The translations under genes and the position numbers were made by a program. From Lama guanicoe (taxonomy: Eukaryota), in NCBI GenBank assembly GCA_013239625.1, contig MU054212.1, positions 8,914,898-8,978,897 of the forward strand: a stretch of DNA of 64,000 nt. The letters run 5' to 3'. The notes beneath the pieces were generated by a model, which worked only from the letters and a program-made list of their open reading frames with translations, was not told the DNA's origin and searched no databases. How positions within the stretch are numbered: the stretch's first letter is position 1; the number at the start of each line of letters is the position of its first letter. This document shows, piece after piece, positions 1 to 12,060 of the stretch.

Positions 1-1384
1 GGGGGGTAGGTAGTCACTGCAAAGCCATCTATGACGATTGTGTGAGGGGAGGGAGAGCCATTGGGGACAAGCCTGAGGATGGGACTGGCTTCGGCCCAGC
101 AGGCAAGGTCGCCCGCAGCCCGTGGTCCTGGTCACTGCTGATGTCTGGTGAGCTGAGGTGTGAGGCCATCAGGGATTAAGAGGTGATCCTTTCCAGGGGC
201 TCTCCCTCCGCCCTCTCTTGTATGGGGTGTCTGCTCAGTGGCAGACTCTGTTAGGGCCAGCACAGCGACCAAAATAAGTGAGACCAAGGGTCAACGAGAT
301 GGCGTGGGCCCTGGCTCGGCCACTCTGTGCCGTCCACATTCCCTCTCCTAAAACCTTTAAACAGTAGCGTCCACCTTGCGGGGCTGTCATGAATGAAACC
401 AAAAAAGGGTTCCACTTTGCATGTCACCGGGATCTGCCACTTGGCTTCCGTGGCCTCTGGTTCCCAGGACTCCCTCTCCCCTGCCCCACCTGCCACTGCA
501 GAGACACAGCAGCTTCTGCCCGATCTGTCTCCCTGCGCCCATGTGCCGGCCCTCCTTCCTGACCGGGGAGGGGGAGGATCCCTTCTTCTGGCCCGGGGGC
601 AGGTGCCTTTCCACTGGACCTGCAACCCATACTTCCCTCTGGGATCCGCCCTTTAGCCTTCAGATGCGCTAATGCCACATTCATCCAGAAATCTCCTCCC
701 TGGCCCCTAGATCCGGCCCATTCTTGTACCTTCATGTCTCCTCCCCTTTTGAGCATCTTAGACCTTGTCTAAGCCCCGCTGCCCCACTCACTGTCCCTGC
801 TGCTCTGTCCAGCTCCCTCCCTCCAGCGCAGGGACACTGCTCCTCTGAGGCTCCTGTCCTTCACGCCATAAACTTTCCAGTCTGTATCGTAGTTAATCTC
901 TTAGCAGTACTCACTGGTTCTGGCGTCCCCTCTGAGGAATGCTCACTGTTCTAAGTTTGATGGTGAGAGAGTCACCTCCCCTATGATCCCTCTCAACCTC
1001 TCTGCTCCCTCCTGCCCTCTGAATGTCCACCTTCCTCAGGGCTCTGTCCCAAGTCCAGGCCTTCTCCTAGCAGTCGACTTCCTCTCCCAGGTGGCTTTGA
1101 TGGCTTTCTGATGACCCCCTTGTTGGCATCTGGGGCCCAGTGCGCTCTCTGGTCCAAGGCCAGCCATCTAGCTGCCCCCTGGACAACTCCTCTTGGGTGT
1201 CCCACAGACACTGAATGTGCACTGTGTCCACATGGGACCATGCTATCTTCCCACAGATCTGTCCTGTTTCAGTGAGAAATGTCATCATGCAGCCGGCTGC
1301 CCAAGCCAGGAACCTCCCCTGGCTTTGGCCCCATTTCTCAGCCCTCATGTTCTGGTGCTTCTGACACTTCCCTCCTCATTCCAT

Positions 1385-1440
1385 GGACAGTCCTTGGCAT
1401 ACAAAAAGTGCTCCATAAATGATGAAATGAATGAAAAATA
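1385..1440 (+). mobile_element. L2 3' end fragment
   Basis: cagtccttggcatacaaaaagtgctccataaatgatgaaatgaatgaa resembles the L2 terminal motif with a (TGAA)n tail. Confidence 0.6.
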
Positions 1441-1499
1441 GATAAGGTAATATAGAGAAAGTGTCTTTCACATAGAGTCAGTTGCTCCCAAAATGAGCC

Positions 1500-2015
1500 T
1501 GTGTTAGTTATCCATGGCTGTGAACAAAGCAATGTAAAGCATAGTTGCTTAAAACATTTTTTTACATGTGGCTCATGGTTTCCTTGGGCCAGGACTCTCA
1601 GAGTGACTCTGAGCAGCTTTGGCTCAGAGTCTCTTGTGAGGTTGCGGCCAGATTATGGCGGGGCCCAGGACCATCTCTGAGGCTCTTCAGTCACAAGCCT
1701 GGTGTTGGGCGGGGAAGATGCGAACAGCTGGGAGCTCCTCAGGCATCTCTCTTTATGCCTCTATGGTCTCTCCCTCACATCTCTCTAGCATGGGGGCTTC
1801 TGGGTAGCTAGACTTCTTACAATACCATGCAGGATTCCAAAGAGCAAGGGCTGGGGCATGGAGGTGGGGTGCCGTACCATCTTTTCTAACCATCACTCTC
1901 GCTGCAGCGCGTCACCTTTAGAAGCGCGTCACCAAGCCTGGCCCATGTTCACGGGCAGGGGAATTAGACACCACTGTCTGGTGGGAGAAGTGTCAAAGAA
2001 TTTGTGAGCTTTTAA
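1500..2015 (-). mobile_element. MaLR solo LTR (MLT1F/G-like)
   Basis: tgtgttagttatccatggctgtgaacaa...gcttaaaaca...tggctcagagtctcttgtgaggttgc...ggaattagacaccact...gggagaagtgtcaaagaatttg; typical antisense MLT1. Confidence 0.75.
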
Positions 2016-2019
2016 AAAA

Positions 2020-2705
2020 GAAATTTATATACAGTAAAATTCACTGTTATTTTTGGTGTTCAATCCTGTGAGTTTTAACATACGTATAGTTATTTTTTTA
2101 ACTGATGTATAATTGCCTTCACAATATTATGTAGTTTCAGGTGTACAATCCTGTGATTCAATGTTTTTGTAGATTCCATACCATAATATACCTGGATTCT
2201 TTTAACTATCACAGGATATGGAGCAGTTCCAGCAACCTAAAGAATTATCTAGGGCTACCTCTTTGTAGTCAGACATCCCCTCACCCCAGTCCCTGGCAAC
2301 CATGGATCTGTTCTCTCTCCGTATAGCTTTGCTTTTTTTTTTCCCCAGAATACCATACGTATGAATATAATTATTTACTATGTAACCTTTACAGACTGGC
2401 TTCGTTCACTTCGCATAATGCGCCTGAGATCCATCTAACGGGGCATCGAAGTTTCATTCCTTTTTAATGCTGGGCGGCATTCCGTTGCATGGATGTGCCA
2501 TTTATCCACTCACGTGTTGAAGGGCCTTTGTGTTGTTCCCGGTTTTTGGTGCTTACAAATAAAGCTGCAGTAGTCATTTGACCTGGAGGCTGATCTCGTG
2601 GCCCCTACCTCACGCCCCCTTTTCCGCTCTGCGCGTTTGTGCAGAGGTCTTGTGTGAATATGGGTTTTCGTTTTGCTGGGATCAGTGCCTGGAAGCAGGA
2701 TGGCT
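2020..2705 (-). mobile_element. Ancient L1 (L1MB/MC/MD-like) 3' end, containing a short second L1 3' fragment at about 2092-2185
   Basis: atatacagtaaaattcact...ccctggcaaccatggatctgttctct...gactggcttcgttcacttcgcataatg...tttatccactcacgtgttgaagggc...caaataaagctgc. Confidence 0.75.
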
Positions 2706-5414
2706 TTTTTGGCCGAGGGTTAGCAGGACTGTCAGGGGGTTTTTACTTATTAGGCAAATTACCCTTTGTCAGAAGAATTTGTCATTCGAGTCTTTGGCCT
2801 TCGGACTATAATTACTTTGGAAAACACTGCCCACAGAAAGGACCTCATTGTCTGTAGGTGTTTGACTGCTCTTTATTCTTAAGCCTTCGCGGTCCCGGCC
2901 TGGATGGACCTTGAGGTGAAGCCTGGATGTTCCCCCTGCAGCCTCTGACGTCACCCTGGGCGCTGACGTCACCCAGCACTCACTCTGCGGCCTCGTCCCA
3001 CAACTTCACAAAGGGACAGCCACCCATGGAGCGCAAATCACCAGACATTCTACCAGTTGGCAAAATACCATCGGTCAATGAAGCGATAAGCAGCGCTGGA
3101 GAATGTTAGCGCATGAGAAATGCACTTTGATCATGGAGCGTAGATGAAGAAAGCAGTAACGGAGGGGGCGTGGCTGAACGGATGTGGTTCTCTTCCTCTG
3201 CCAAGTCAGAGAACAGATCTGAAGCGAGGGGGGCCGTGGGGGCCGTGGGAGAGGGGGCGACACATTTAAGTTCGGAGGCTGTAGCAGGAAAGGTCCGGTT
3301 GGTTCTGAATGCATTTGACCTCTTTACCAAGGGAAAGCTCCTTGTCCAGAAGGCCACCAAGGTCTCGAAGTGGCCCTCAGTGGAGGACCCCATCCTTCAT
3401 CTGGGCTTCCTGCTCGTCCCATTTGTGCTTGACTGGATGAAACTCCCAGCCTGGGGGCCTGCCTGAAATACGCACACAGATCCCCCTTTCCGCCCCTTTT
3501 GCATTCTGCTGGGTTGTCTGGGAATACTTACCTTCCCCAGGGTATTAGACTACGCAAATTAGGTCAAGGGCCTGAAGAGGGGAGTTCTGTGCGGCTCTCC
3601 AGGTACCTTTAGAAACTGAGGAAGTCAGCCTGTGCTTCCTCGAGGAACACACAGGGAAGTTTGACGTGAAATCACGTCTGGCCTATGCAGGAGTCTCTCA
3701 CTCATCCTACGCAGGTGGGAGTTCCTGCTCGGCGTCAGGTTCTCCGCAGTGCACTTGGAAATCAAAGAAGAATAAGCATGGGTCTTGTTGCCAAGAGCTG
3801 ATGGCCGTGATGGTGACTATAGATGTCACTTTATTCCTATGAAAAAAATGCATTCACAGTTGCAGACAGCCGAGTTGTAGTGAACTTTGAATGCCACCAG
3901 GTGTAAGTTGGAGACTGTGACTGCCCTTTATTTAGGTGAGTTTCATTGGCTCCTTTGGTTTGTGCCAAGATGTTTAGAACAGTGCCCCTTGGCTGCCTGC
4001 CTGAGAAGTCGGCCCCTCTCTCTCTCTCCCCCTTCCTTCGGGGCTTTTCCTTCTCTCTGCCCACTTCCTTGGCCACTCAAGAGCTCTGTATTCGATTCTG
4101 CCTTCTGTGACCACAGCCTTTCCCCTCTTACATGTCTTCCTAACCCCAAGCCTCTTGGTTCCCTCGTTCACCCAGTGTGCAGAAATTTTCACCAGGTTCC
4201 CTTCTAGATGAGAGTGGCACGGTGGGGGGCTTCTGCAGAGGGGAGATGGGGGTTAAGATGGAGCTGGGGGCCTCTGGCAACATCGTGAGATCCTGAACTT
4301 TACTGGTGACATCAGAGTTACCTCGCATCAGCAGCGAGGGAGCACTTAGATGGAAGCCGAGCCTGTCGGTGCTGACACGTGCACCTTGTTAGTTCCTGTG
4401 GGGGTCCCTCTGCTCCGCGCTGCCCCGGTGGACACCCGTGCTGCTCAGCCAGGCAAACTCCCCGTCGCTTCTATCATCACCCTGACTTTTGAAAACATGA
4501 TTTTAGTGTCCTGATTTCGTGTGTGAGTCCCCTGTCTCCTCCTTGGTCAGCTGCCCCCCGATGTGGGGACCGGCCAGGCCTGGAAGTGGCAGCTCTGTGC
4601 CGGCTGCACACGCCAGGCTGCTGGTGAGACGGCAGCTAATCCTGGGCTGAGCTACGGGGAGGGAGGGGAGGTTCTTTGTGTCTCGGGCTCTGGTGTCTGT
4701 AAGCCTCTTTTCTTCCCCCACCGTTTCTTGGAGAGCTTTCATTCCACCGAAGCTCCTCAGCCTCTGCCTGGTCCCCGAAGCAGAACGTGTCAGCTCCATT
4801 AAATTAAAGCACGCAGTTATGCGAAGTCTAAACAGTTCCGATCTCATCATCCTGGGCGGTGGTTCTCTGGTGGCCACAGCTGGCCAAAGCGCAGGAATCT
4901 GCGAGGCGGGAGGAGAGGCTTTGCCAGCCACGCACCCGGGACCCTGCCTGGCTTCTGCCTTCTCGAGCATGCAGGAGAGGATTGGAGCTCCTCCAGAGGG
5001 CTCTGCCACATTTGAGTCGTTTGCAGGCAGGAAGGGGATTGCTCTGACTCTACTGCGTGGGTCACTGGGGCTGAAAGTCCATCTGATGGGGGAGGGGGCA
5101 GCTCTTGGAGCCGCCTGCGCATATTCATTCCGCAGTGTATTTTGGTCATATTGATCGGTCATCTGTTGATGGAAGGGCCTTAGGTGTCATTAGTGTTTCA
5201 GCAGTTTCCAATCAGTGGTTTGAGGCTTGAACCCATCGTCCAGCTGCTCTATCGACCCTACACCCCGCCCCGCTGCACACCGTCCCTTTCAGGGCGTGGG
5301 CTTCACATTTTTAGGGTCGATGACTGGCAGTGTGTTGAGAAGCCGTGTGATGTCCTCTGAGCACACTGCTCACGAACCCGGGTAGTCACTGTGTCACTCA
5401 GCTACCCCTTCACT

Positions 5415-5600
5415 CACCACATTTTTCTCGAGCGCTCGCTAGGTTCCAGGCTCCGTTCCGAGCATTGGAGAAACAACGGTGGTCAAAAGCATGGATCCTG
5501 ACCTTCTTGGAGTTTATATTCTAGTGGGAGAGATGCAGGGAGAGAGAATAAATAAAACAAAGTAGCAACTTGATCGAGTGTTAGAAGGTTGATCGGGGTC
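5415..5600 (-). mobile_element. L2 fragment
   Basis: cattggagaaacaacggtggtcaaaagcatggatcctgaccttcttggagtttatattctagtgggagag is a typical antisense L2 3' region. Confidence 0.65.
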
Positions 5601-6067
5601 CACTTTTCTCTGGGCTTCCTCATGCATTTTCTGCATCGCTTTGTAAGGAGATCCCCGCAGGCATTCTTCCTGAAAACACAGAAATATTTCTGGTAGTGTG
5701 GATCTGTGTCATCGTTCCTTTTGGTGACAGAGGGTGGTGTGTGGCTCTCCAGGTGTCTGGGGAAGTGGTGAGACTGTCATCTGTCAGATGAGGCTGGAAT
5801 CCACCCCTGCTGTTGCGGGTTTTGCTGAGTCCCGTGCTCCCCTCCGTGGGTGTGTGCGGGGCTGGAGAGGCCAGGGGAGGTGGCGGGTCCAGGTCTTCTC
5901 AGGACACAGGGCAGCCTCCGCAGGTCCTGGGTGATGGGGCTGTGGAGTCATCTGTCTGTCTGTTCTCTCCTGGCTCAGGGGTTTCTGAGAACGGAACTGC
6001 TGCTAATCTTCCTTAATCTTCATTAAATACATATTATACTTCTGTTGCTTCCCCTCAGTTTGCTTAC

Positions 6068-6272
6068 TTTATTTTATTTTTTTAAATTGAAGTATAGTTG
6101 GTTTAAAATGTTGTGTTAATTTCTGGTGTACAGCATAGTGATTCAGTCGTACCTGCATAAATTTATATTCCTTTTCATATTCTTGTTCATCACAGGCTAT
6201 TACAAGGTATTGAATATGGTTCCCTGTGCTATACGGTAGGACCTTGTAGTTTATCTATTTTATATATAGTGG
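6068..6272 (-). mobile_element. Cetartiodactyl-type L1 3' UTR fragment
   Basis: T-rich tail then aattgaagtatagttggtttaaaatgttgtgttaatttctggtgtacagcatagtgattcag...ttccctgtgctatacggtaggacc; same family as the copies at 28.2, 34.7, 41.8 and 61.6 kb. Confidence 0.9.
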
Positions 6273-7637
6273 TTAGTATTAAAATCAGTTGCCGCCAGTC
6301 CCTGGGCCAGGTGCAGGGGATGAGGAGGTGAGGAGTAGCTGGCAGCCCTTCGGGGTCTGCATGGCGCCCAGGAGTGGTACCCAGGCTGACGGCCCTTTGT
6401 GCGAGGTGCTTTCTACAGCGGGGAACCTAGAGGCCAATGTGCGGGGAGGGCGGTCTCCCCCCAACCAAGGAGGGCAGCTGGTGTTCTGTTTCCTATGTCG
6501 ACTCTGCCATTTTCCCATGGGCCACGAGGAAGTGCTCAGAGCTGCAGGTGATGCTATGCGTCTGTAGATCCAGTAGGAATACCAGGGAGACAGCTGAGCC
6601 TTGCTGTCCCCATGACCATCCCTAGCAGCAGAGCCTCCTGCCTCTAGGACACTGTCTCTTGGCAGTTTTTGAATGTGAATTTGTCACCTTTCTGGATGTG
6701 AGTTTGTGTGGTTGGTAACCGGGCCCCAGCATGTGTGTGTGTGTGGCTCCTCTACCTCTTTCTGGCTGGGGAATAAGGTGCAAGGCCATTGAAGTGGGGG
6801 GAGAGAGGGTCTTCCAAGATGGGGAGCAGAAATCGTGGTGGAGGGAAGGTTGTGAGCAGATGCCAGGATCCTGAGGTCAGGGGTGGGGAAAGGGAAGGAG
6901 CAGTGGGTGGCCGGAAGACTGCCCACCTTCCACTGCAGCCCTGAGGTGCACGAGGCCAGGAGAATGGCCAAGGGGACACACTGCTCCCTCTTGAGATGGG
7001 ACAGAAGGAAGGCCATCCTTGGGGAATGTCTTAGAGGGCAGTAAATCGTCTCTCTTTTCCTCACTGCTGGGTCCCAGCTGGGCCCTACTTGCTGGTTGGG
7101 GGATGGATGCCGGGGATGGCCCTGGAGCTTGTGGGGCTGAAAGGAGGAGCGGGTTTCATGGGGTGGGGGTTGGAAGGTTTGCTGGGGGGCACGTAGAGCT
7201 GGAACCTCGGGGTCCCCTCTGTTACAGCTCATCACCAACACCTGGAGGCCCCGGGCGCTCTCAGGAGACATTCTCCTCCTCCAGTGACCTGGCAGGGTCC
7301 CCTCTGTCCAGTCTTGTCCCTTTCCATTTTCCGTCTCATGTTTTATGCTTCAGCAACCCGCCGGCCTTAGTTCCTCACATTCCTTGCAGCTTCATGCTCG
7401 CCTGCACTGGCTTTGCCCTCCCTCCGTCTCCCTGCCCCGCCCCGCCCCTTCTCCTGGCTGGTCATCCTCATCTTCTTGGACCCACGGCTCTGGCGAGAAC
7501 TCACTCATTCATTCCACGGCCCTTACTGCTGCCTGTTAAGTGTCAGATGTGTCTGCTGGGCACTGCCACCTGCCACCACCCCTGCCCCTCCGGGTACATG
7601 GATGCCCCTGTGAGTGCCCCTCTGCCTTTCTGTTTCG

Positions 7638-7815
7638 TGTAGCATCATGGCTTAAAGCACAAACTTTGCATCCCACAGACACGCTTACAATCCCTCTGAG
7701 CTTCAGTTTGTGCATCTATCAAATGGGACTTATCAGTGCCTTCCTGAGAGGGTGGTTGCAAGCCTTAAGGGGAATTACACCTGGAAAGCATTTAGCACAG
7801 TGCTTGGTGCACGCA
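7638..7815 (+). mobile_element. MIR SINE
   Basis: Core ctctgagcttcagtttgtgcatctatcaaatggg...aaagcatttagcacagtgcttgg. Confidence 0.8.
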
Positions 7816-10800
7816 GACAAAGGGCGGCGTCCTGTGGCTGCTGGTCTTTCTCCTATTATCACAGGATTGGGGTTCCCTGACTGCGTCCCTTCCTCTGTGG
7901 GAGTCAGACAGAAGTAGTCAGGGGTGGCCTCCAGCAGGAGGTAGGATTTAGTCAAATCTGGAAAGCAGGGTGGGAAAGGGGAGAGTAGGTTAGAGGCTTG
8001 GAGATGGGGGAATGTGAGATGATAGCGGCCAGTTTATGGAGGGCCTGGGACGCCAGGCCCAGGTTCTGGCCTTTGTAACCGGGATTGGGTCCATCCACAG
8101 CAAGTCCTGGTGATCAGCAGACCTGGGATCAAGTTCCAAGGCTGTCAAGCAAATTGAGACATGCAACCAATGTATCGTGAGTGTCACATATGGACTAAAT
8201 ACTCGGAAGGTGTTAGAGAGTCCACGCCTGCCAGTTACTTATAATCTAGAGAAACAGTCAAACTGGCAATAAGGACCTTGTGTGATATATGTGATGACTG
8301 AGGGGTGAAAGTGTTTGGGAAGAAATAATTTGGGCACCCTCAAAATGCTCTGCTGAGAGGACCCAGGGCTGGGGTGAGGTAGGAGAGAACCCAGAAGGAG
8401 ACACTGAGGCCAGTGGCGAAGGCAGGTCCTCTGTTGCTGGGATCAAGAGCTTCACTTTGCCTGACCACAAAGTGGGGGTTCCAGAAGGGGCAGGGAGGGG
8501 CATTCTGATATGCCTGGGCTGTGACCTCCCAGCCAGCAAGGGCTGCATTTGATGAGTAATAAAACAGGCAAGTTGAAGTCTCCCGTTATCTGCCATCTTG
8601 CCTCCCAGATAATCCCACCTAGTGCAGTCTTTTTAAGTGTCTTCTTTGCCACGGTGTTAAGTGGAAGAATTTGATGGTGTGCCCCCTTGCAGGACCTGTG
8701 TTCTAAATTCTCCTTACCGTCTGCTTCTCTTGCTGCTGCCAGCTCCCCATCTTTTGTGGCCTGGGTGAATTGTGCCCGGAGAGAATTGTGTTGAGCTGAG
8801 TAGAGGGAAGAAAGATGGTTTGGTTAAAAGAGTTTTGTTTTGGACCCTATGACCGAAGGCCTAAGTAATTGGATGCTCTTAACTGGATATTCATGGCCCT
8901 CCACGACCTGGATTCAGCCTGTATTTGTCCTGCTCTTTCTTGACACATTGACTCATCGGTTGTTTCTTGCCCCTTTGCAGCCTCCCTCTTTAAATATCCA
9001 TATTGCTCCACCAGTGGAGGTCCCTGGCAGTAAACAGAGGGAAGGTGGTTCTGGGACCTTGTGTCCTAGTGTGTTTCCCAAACTGTATATGTTAGCGAAG
9101 GTAAGTGTGGGGATGCAAGAGATAACTTGGTTTCAGGCAGTTGCATCACCCTTCTGAGCTGTTCTCTGAGCCACATTCTGTACCCCACACTAGTGATCAG
9201 CCACTCCCATTCTCCCAAACCCTCCCAGCTTCCAGGGGCTGGCACAGATAGATGCCATGGAGGCTGCTCTGCTGAGTCTAGCCAGATGTAACCATCCTCC
9301 AGCTTGCCCTCCCAGTGATGGCTCTCCTCTCACCTTTCTCTACCTTCCCTTCCGATTATGATAATAATTTTGAATTCCTGCTCCTTCAGGAGAGGAGGGC
9401 TGTTCAGTGGATTGGATCCTGCTCTCAGCCATCTTTGTATCCCCTGAAGTGATCACCACTGCCTCCTCCAACACTTTCTCAGCCGTTTCTTTTCTTTCCA
9501 CTTTTCTATCCTTCAGTTTTCTAGTATTAAACTTGTTGTTGATGAGTTCTCCATCCTGGTTCTAGGTTTCTGGTGTGTATTTTGGAAAGGGATCTGAAGA
9601 CAAAAAATCTGTAAAGATCAGTTCCATTTCAAATTTAATTCCGTTTATGTTACTATCTGGTCTCTGATGCCTCCACTTATGCAGCACAGGGCTGAGAAGT
9701 TGAAAGGCTGAGTAGAACTACAAATAGTCTTATGATGTTGAGGAGATAAAAATGAGAGTTAAGGGCTTACAAAGGTGGAGAGATCCTGGAAATATCTCAT
9801 GCTTATAAATATCCTCTCTCTTCACTCAGAAACCCTGAAGGACTGTATCCTAGGAGAAATGGCTTACTAAAAATAGGCCAGCTTTATAAAGACTGAAACC
9901 CAACCTCAAGTTAGCTGACCAGAATAGACCGAGTTTATGAAGAATGAATCCAAGCCTCAAATCAGCTCAACCCCTGAGTGGATTCAGATGATCTGTTCCT
10001 GATCTAGCTGCCTGCCACAAACTAAAGGACAACCAGAAAATCATGTAACAACATCTAGATCCTTTGTAGTTTTAAGTATGTATATAAAACGTCCATCATT
10101 CAATTAAAGAAATACCAGGCCTGTGAAGAGGTAGGATCAAGAGAAGAAAAGGACACTAAAAACAGACCCACATGTGATCCAGATTCTGTAATTATCTGAT
10201 GGACTTTGATATCAGTGATGAATAGGCTCAAGAAAGGAAATGACAGGATGGAGAGTTTCACCAGAGAACTGGAATCTATGTATATATAAAAGATCAAATA
10301 GAAATTCTAGAACTGAGATACAATCAGTGATATCAAGCATTAGGTGGATTTAGCAGTGGCTTAGACACAGCTGAAGAGAGATTTCATGATCTAGAAGGTA
10401 GGTGAGACAGGGAGAGGAAAAAGAGAAAAATAAAAGAAATACCCACCAAAGATATATGATCCATAATGAGCAGGTCTGACACACGTGCCACTGGAATCCC
10501 AGAAAAATAATGGAAGAAGCATCATTCCAGGAGATACTAACAGAGACTTTTCCAAAACCAATGAAATATACCAAGTCACCGACTAAAGTGCTATAAACCC
10601 CAAGCAGGATAAATGTAAAGAAGAACAAATATATGCCAATAATACTTCTGAAAACCAAAGACAAAAAGGAAACGTAAAAGCAGCCTGGGAAAAAAAAAGC
10701 CACATTACCTTCAAAGAAAGAACAGGAAGACTAGCAACTGAGTCCTCAACTGAAACGATGGCATCCGGGAGACAATGAGATATATCTTTTAACTGCTGAA

Positions 10801-11466
10801 GAAAAATAATGCCAAAGCAGTATTTCACATTTAGATTTTCCCCAGATAAAGGTGAAATAAAATCGTCTCCAGACAAATCGAGACTGAATTTATTATCAGC
10901 AGACACACCCTCAAAATACTAAAAGGTGTTCTTCAGAAAGAGGTATGTGATCCCAGATGGAAGCATGGAAATGTGGAAGGGAATGAAGAGCAGTGGACCA
11001 GGTGAATATGGGAGTAAATCGAAGGGAACTACTGAGCGTACAAAGCAGCGGTAATGTCTCGTGGGATTACAGTACACGCAGAATTGAAATATATAGCAAG
11101 GAGCACTGTAAAAAAATGAGGGGAGTAAATAGGATTGAAATGTCTTAAAGCCCTTTTATTTTCTGGTGAATAAGAAAGCCCTAAGATGTTGTTTACATCA
11201 TCAGAAAAACATACATCAGATGCATACGTCAGAAAGTCAAGGATGTTGTTTACATGATAATCCTTAAAATAATAGTAAAGTAATATACAGTTAACAACCT
11301 GACAGAGAAGGGAATGTTTAAAAATATGCAACTAATCCAAAAGAGGGTGAAGACTGAGATAACTGAGAGGAAAAGGAGCATTGAACATATAGGACAAAGA
11401 GAAAACAAATAGAATGTTGATTTAAATCCAGATCTATCAGTGATTACATTAAATGCAAATGAAATT

Positions 11467-11607
11467 AAATTAAAAGTCTGAAATTGTGAAATTTAATTTT
11501 AAATTAAATTTAATATTCAAATTAAAACTCTGAAATCATGAAATTTAATTTTAAATTAAATTTAGTATTCAAATTAAAACCCTGAAATTGTGAAATTTAA
11601 TTTTAAA
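11467..11607. repeat. AT-rich minisatellite, 52-bp unit x about 2.7, each full unit containing a 23-bp palindrome
   Basis: Units start at 11467, 11519 and 11571 (aaattaaaaNNctgaaatNNtgaaatttaattttaaattaaatttaNtattc). Confidence 0.9.
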
Positions 11608-11671
11608 ACCCCAGAAAAATCCGATTAAATGCTGCTTACAAAAATATCTTAAAAATAGGACCACAGGAAGG

Positions 11672-11773
11672 ACATATGTTTGTTTTCATACTGTTTTTCA
11701 TGATAGGTTTCAATACGACAAGATACTGAATATAGTTCCCTGTGCTCTGCAGTAGAAACTTCTTGTTTATCTC
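11672..11773 (-). mobile_element. Younger L1 3' UTR fragment within the ancient L1
   Basis: caagatactgaatatagttccctgtgctctgcagtagaaacttcttgtttatct matches the cetartiodactyl L1 3' UTR copies in this window. Confidence 0.75.
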
Positions 11774-11919
11774 AGAGCGGTTAAAAGTTAAAAGCATGTT
11801 AATGCGAACATGGAACCAAAGGAACCCTCACATACTCACTTTCCAGAACTTTTTTACAGCTACAGAGCTGAGTATCTGCATGCTCCATGACCCAGCCATT
11901 CCACCCTAAACGGAGACCC

Positions 11920-12060
11920 AACATATATGTGTACATGTGTGCCCCAAAGATGTATAGACAGGTATACACACACATATATATACATATACACACGTGCATA
12001 GGTGTATGTATGTATGTGTGGGTATATCTGTCTCTGTATCCGTCTCTGTCTATCTACATG
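11920..12060. repeat. Degenerate (CA/TA/TG)n and (TCTG/TCTA)n microsatellite
   Basis: tatacacacacatatatatacatatacacacgtg...tgtatgtatgtatgtgtg...tctgtctctgtatccgtctctgtctatcta. Confidence 0.8.

Noticed and set aside
1906..1933. Short direct repeats (AGCGCGTCACC x2; also GGGGGCCGTG x2 near 3229-3248)
   Set aside because: Ordinary micro-duplications, the first inside an MLT1 relic; no sign of function.
4503..5162. Overlapping long ORFs (219 aa minus, 158 aa plus)
   Set aside because: No recognisable domain or supporting splice structure; long ORFs are expected in GC-rich intronic DNA.
6684..7642. ORFs of 195 aa (minus) and 207 aa (plus)
   Set aside because: Pro/Gly/Ser-rich translations of purine/pyrimidine-skewed sequence; no protein family recognised.
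11467..11607. Palindromic direct repeats superficially like a CRISPR array
   Set aside because: Units are contiguous with no unique spacers, there are no cas genes, and the context is a mammalian intron.
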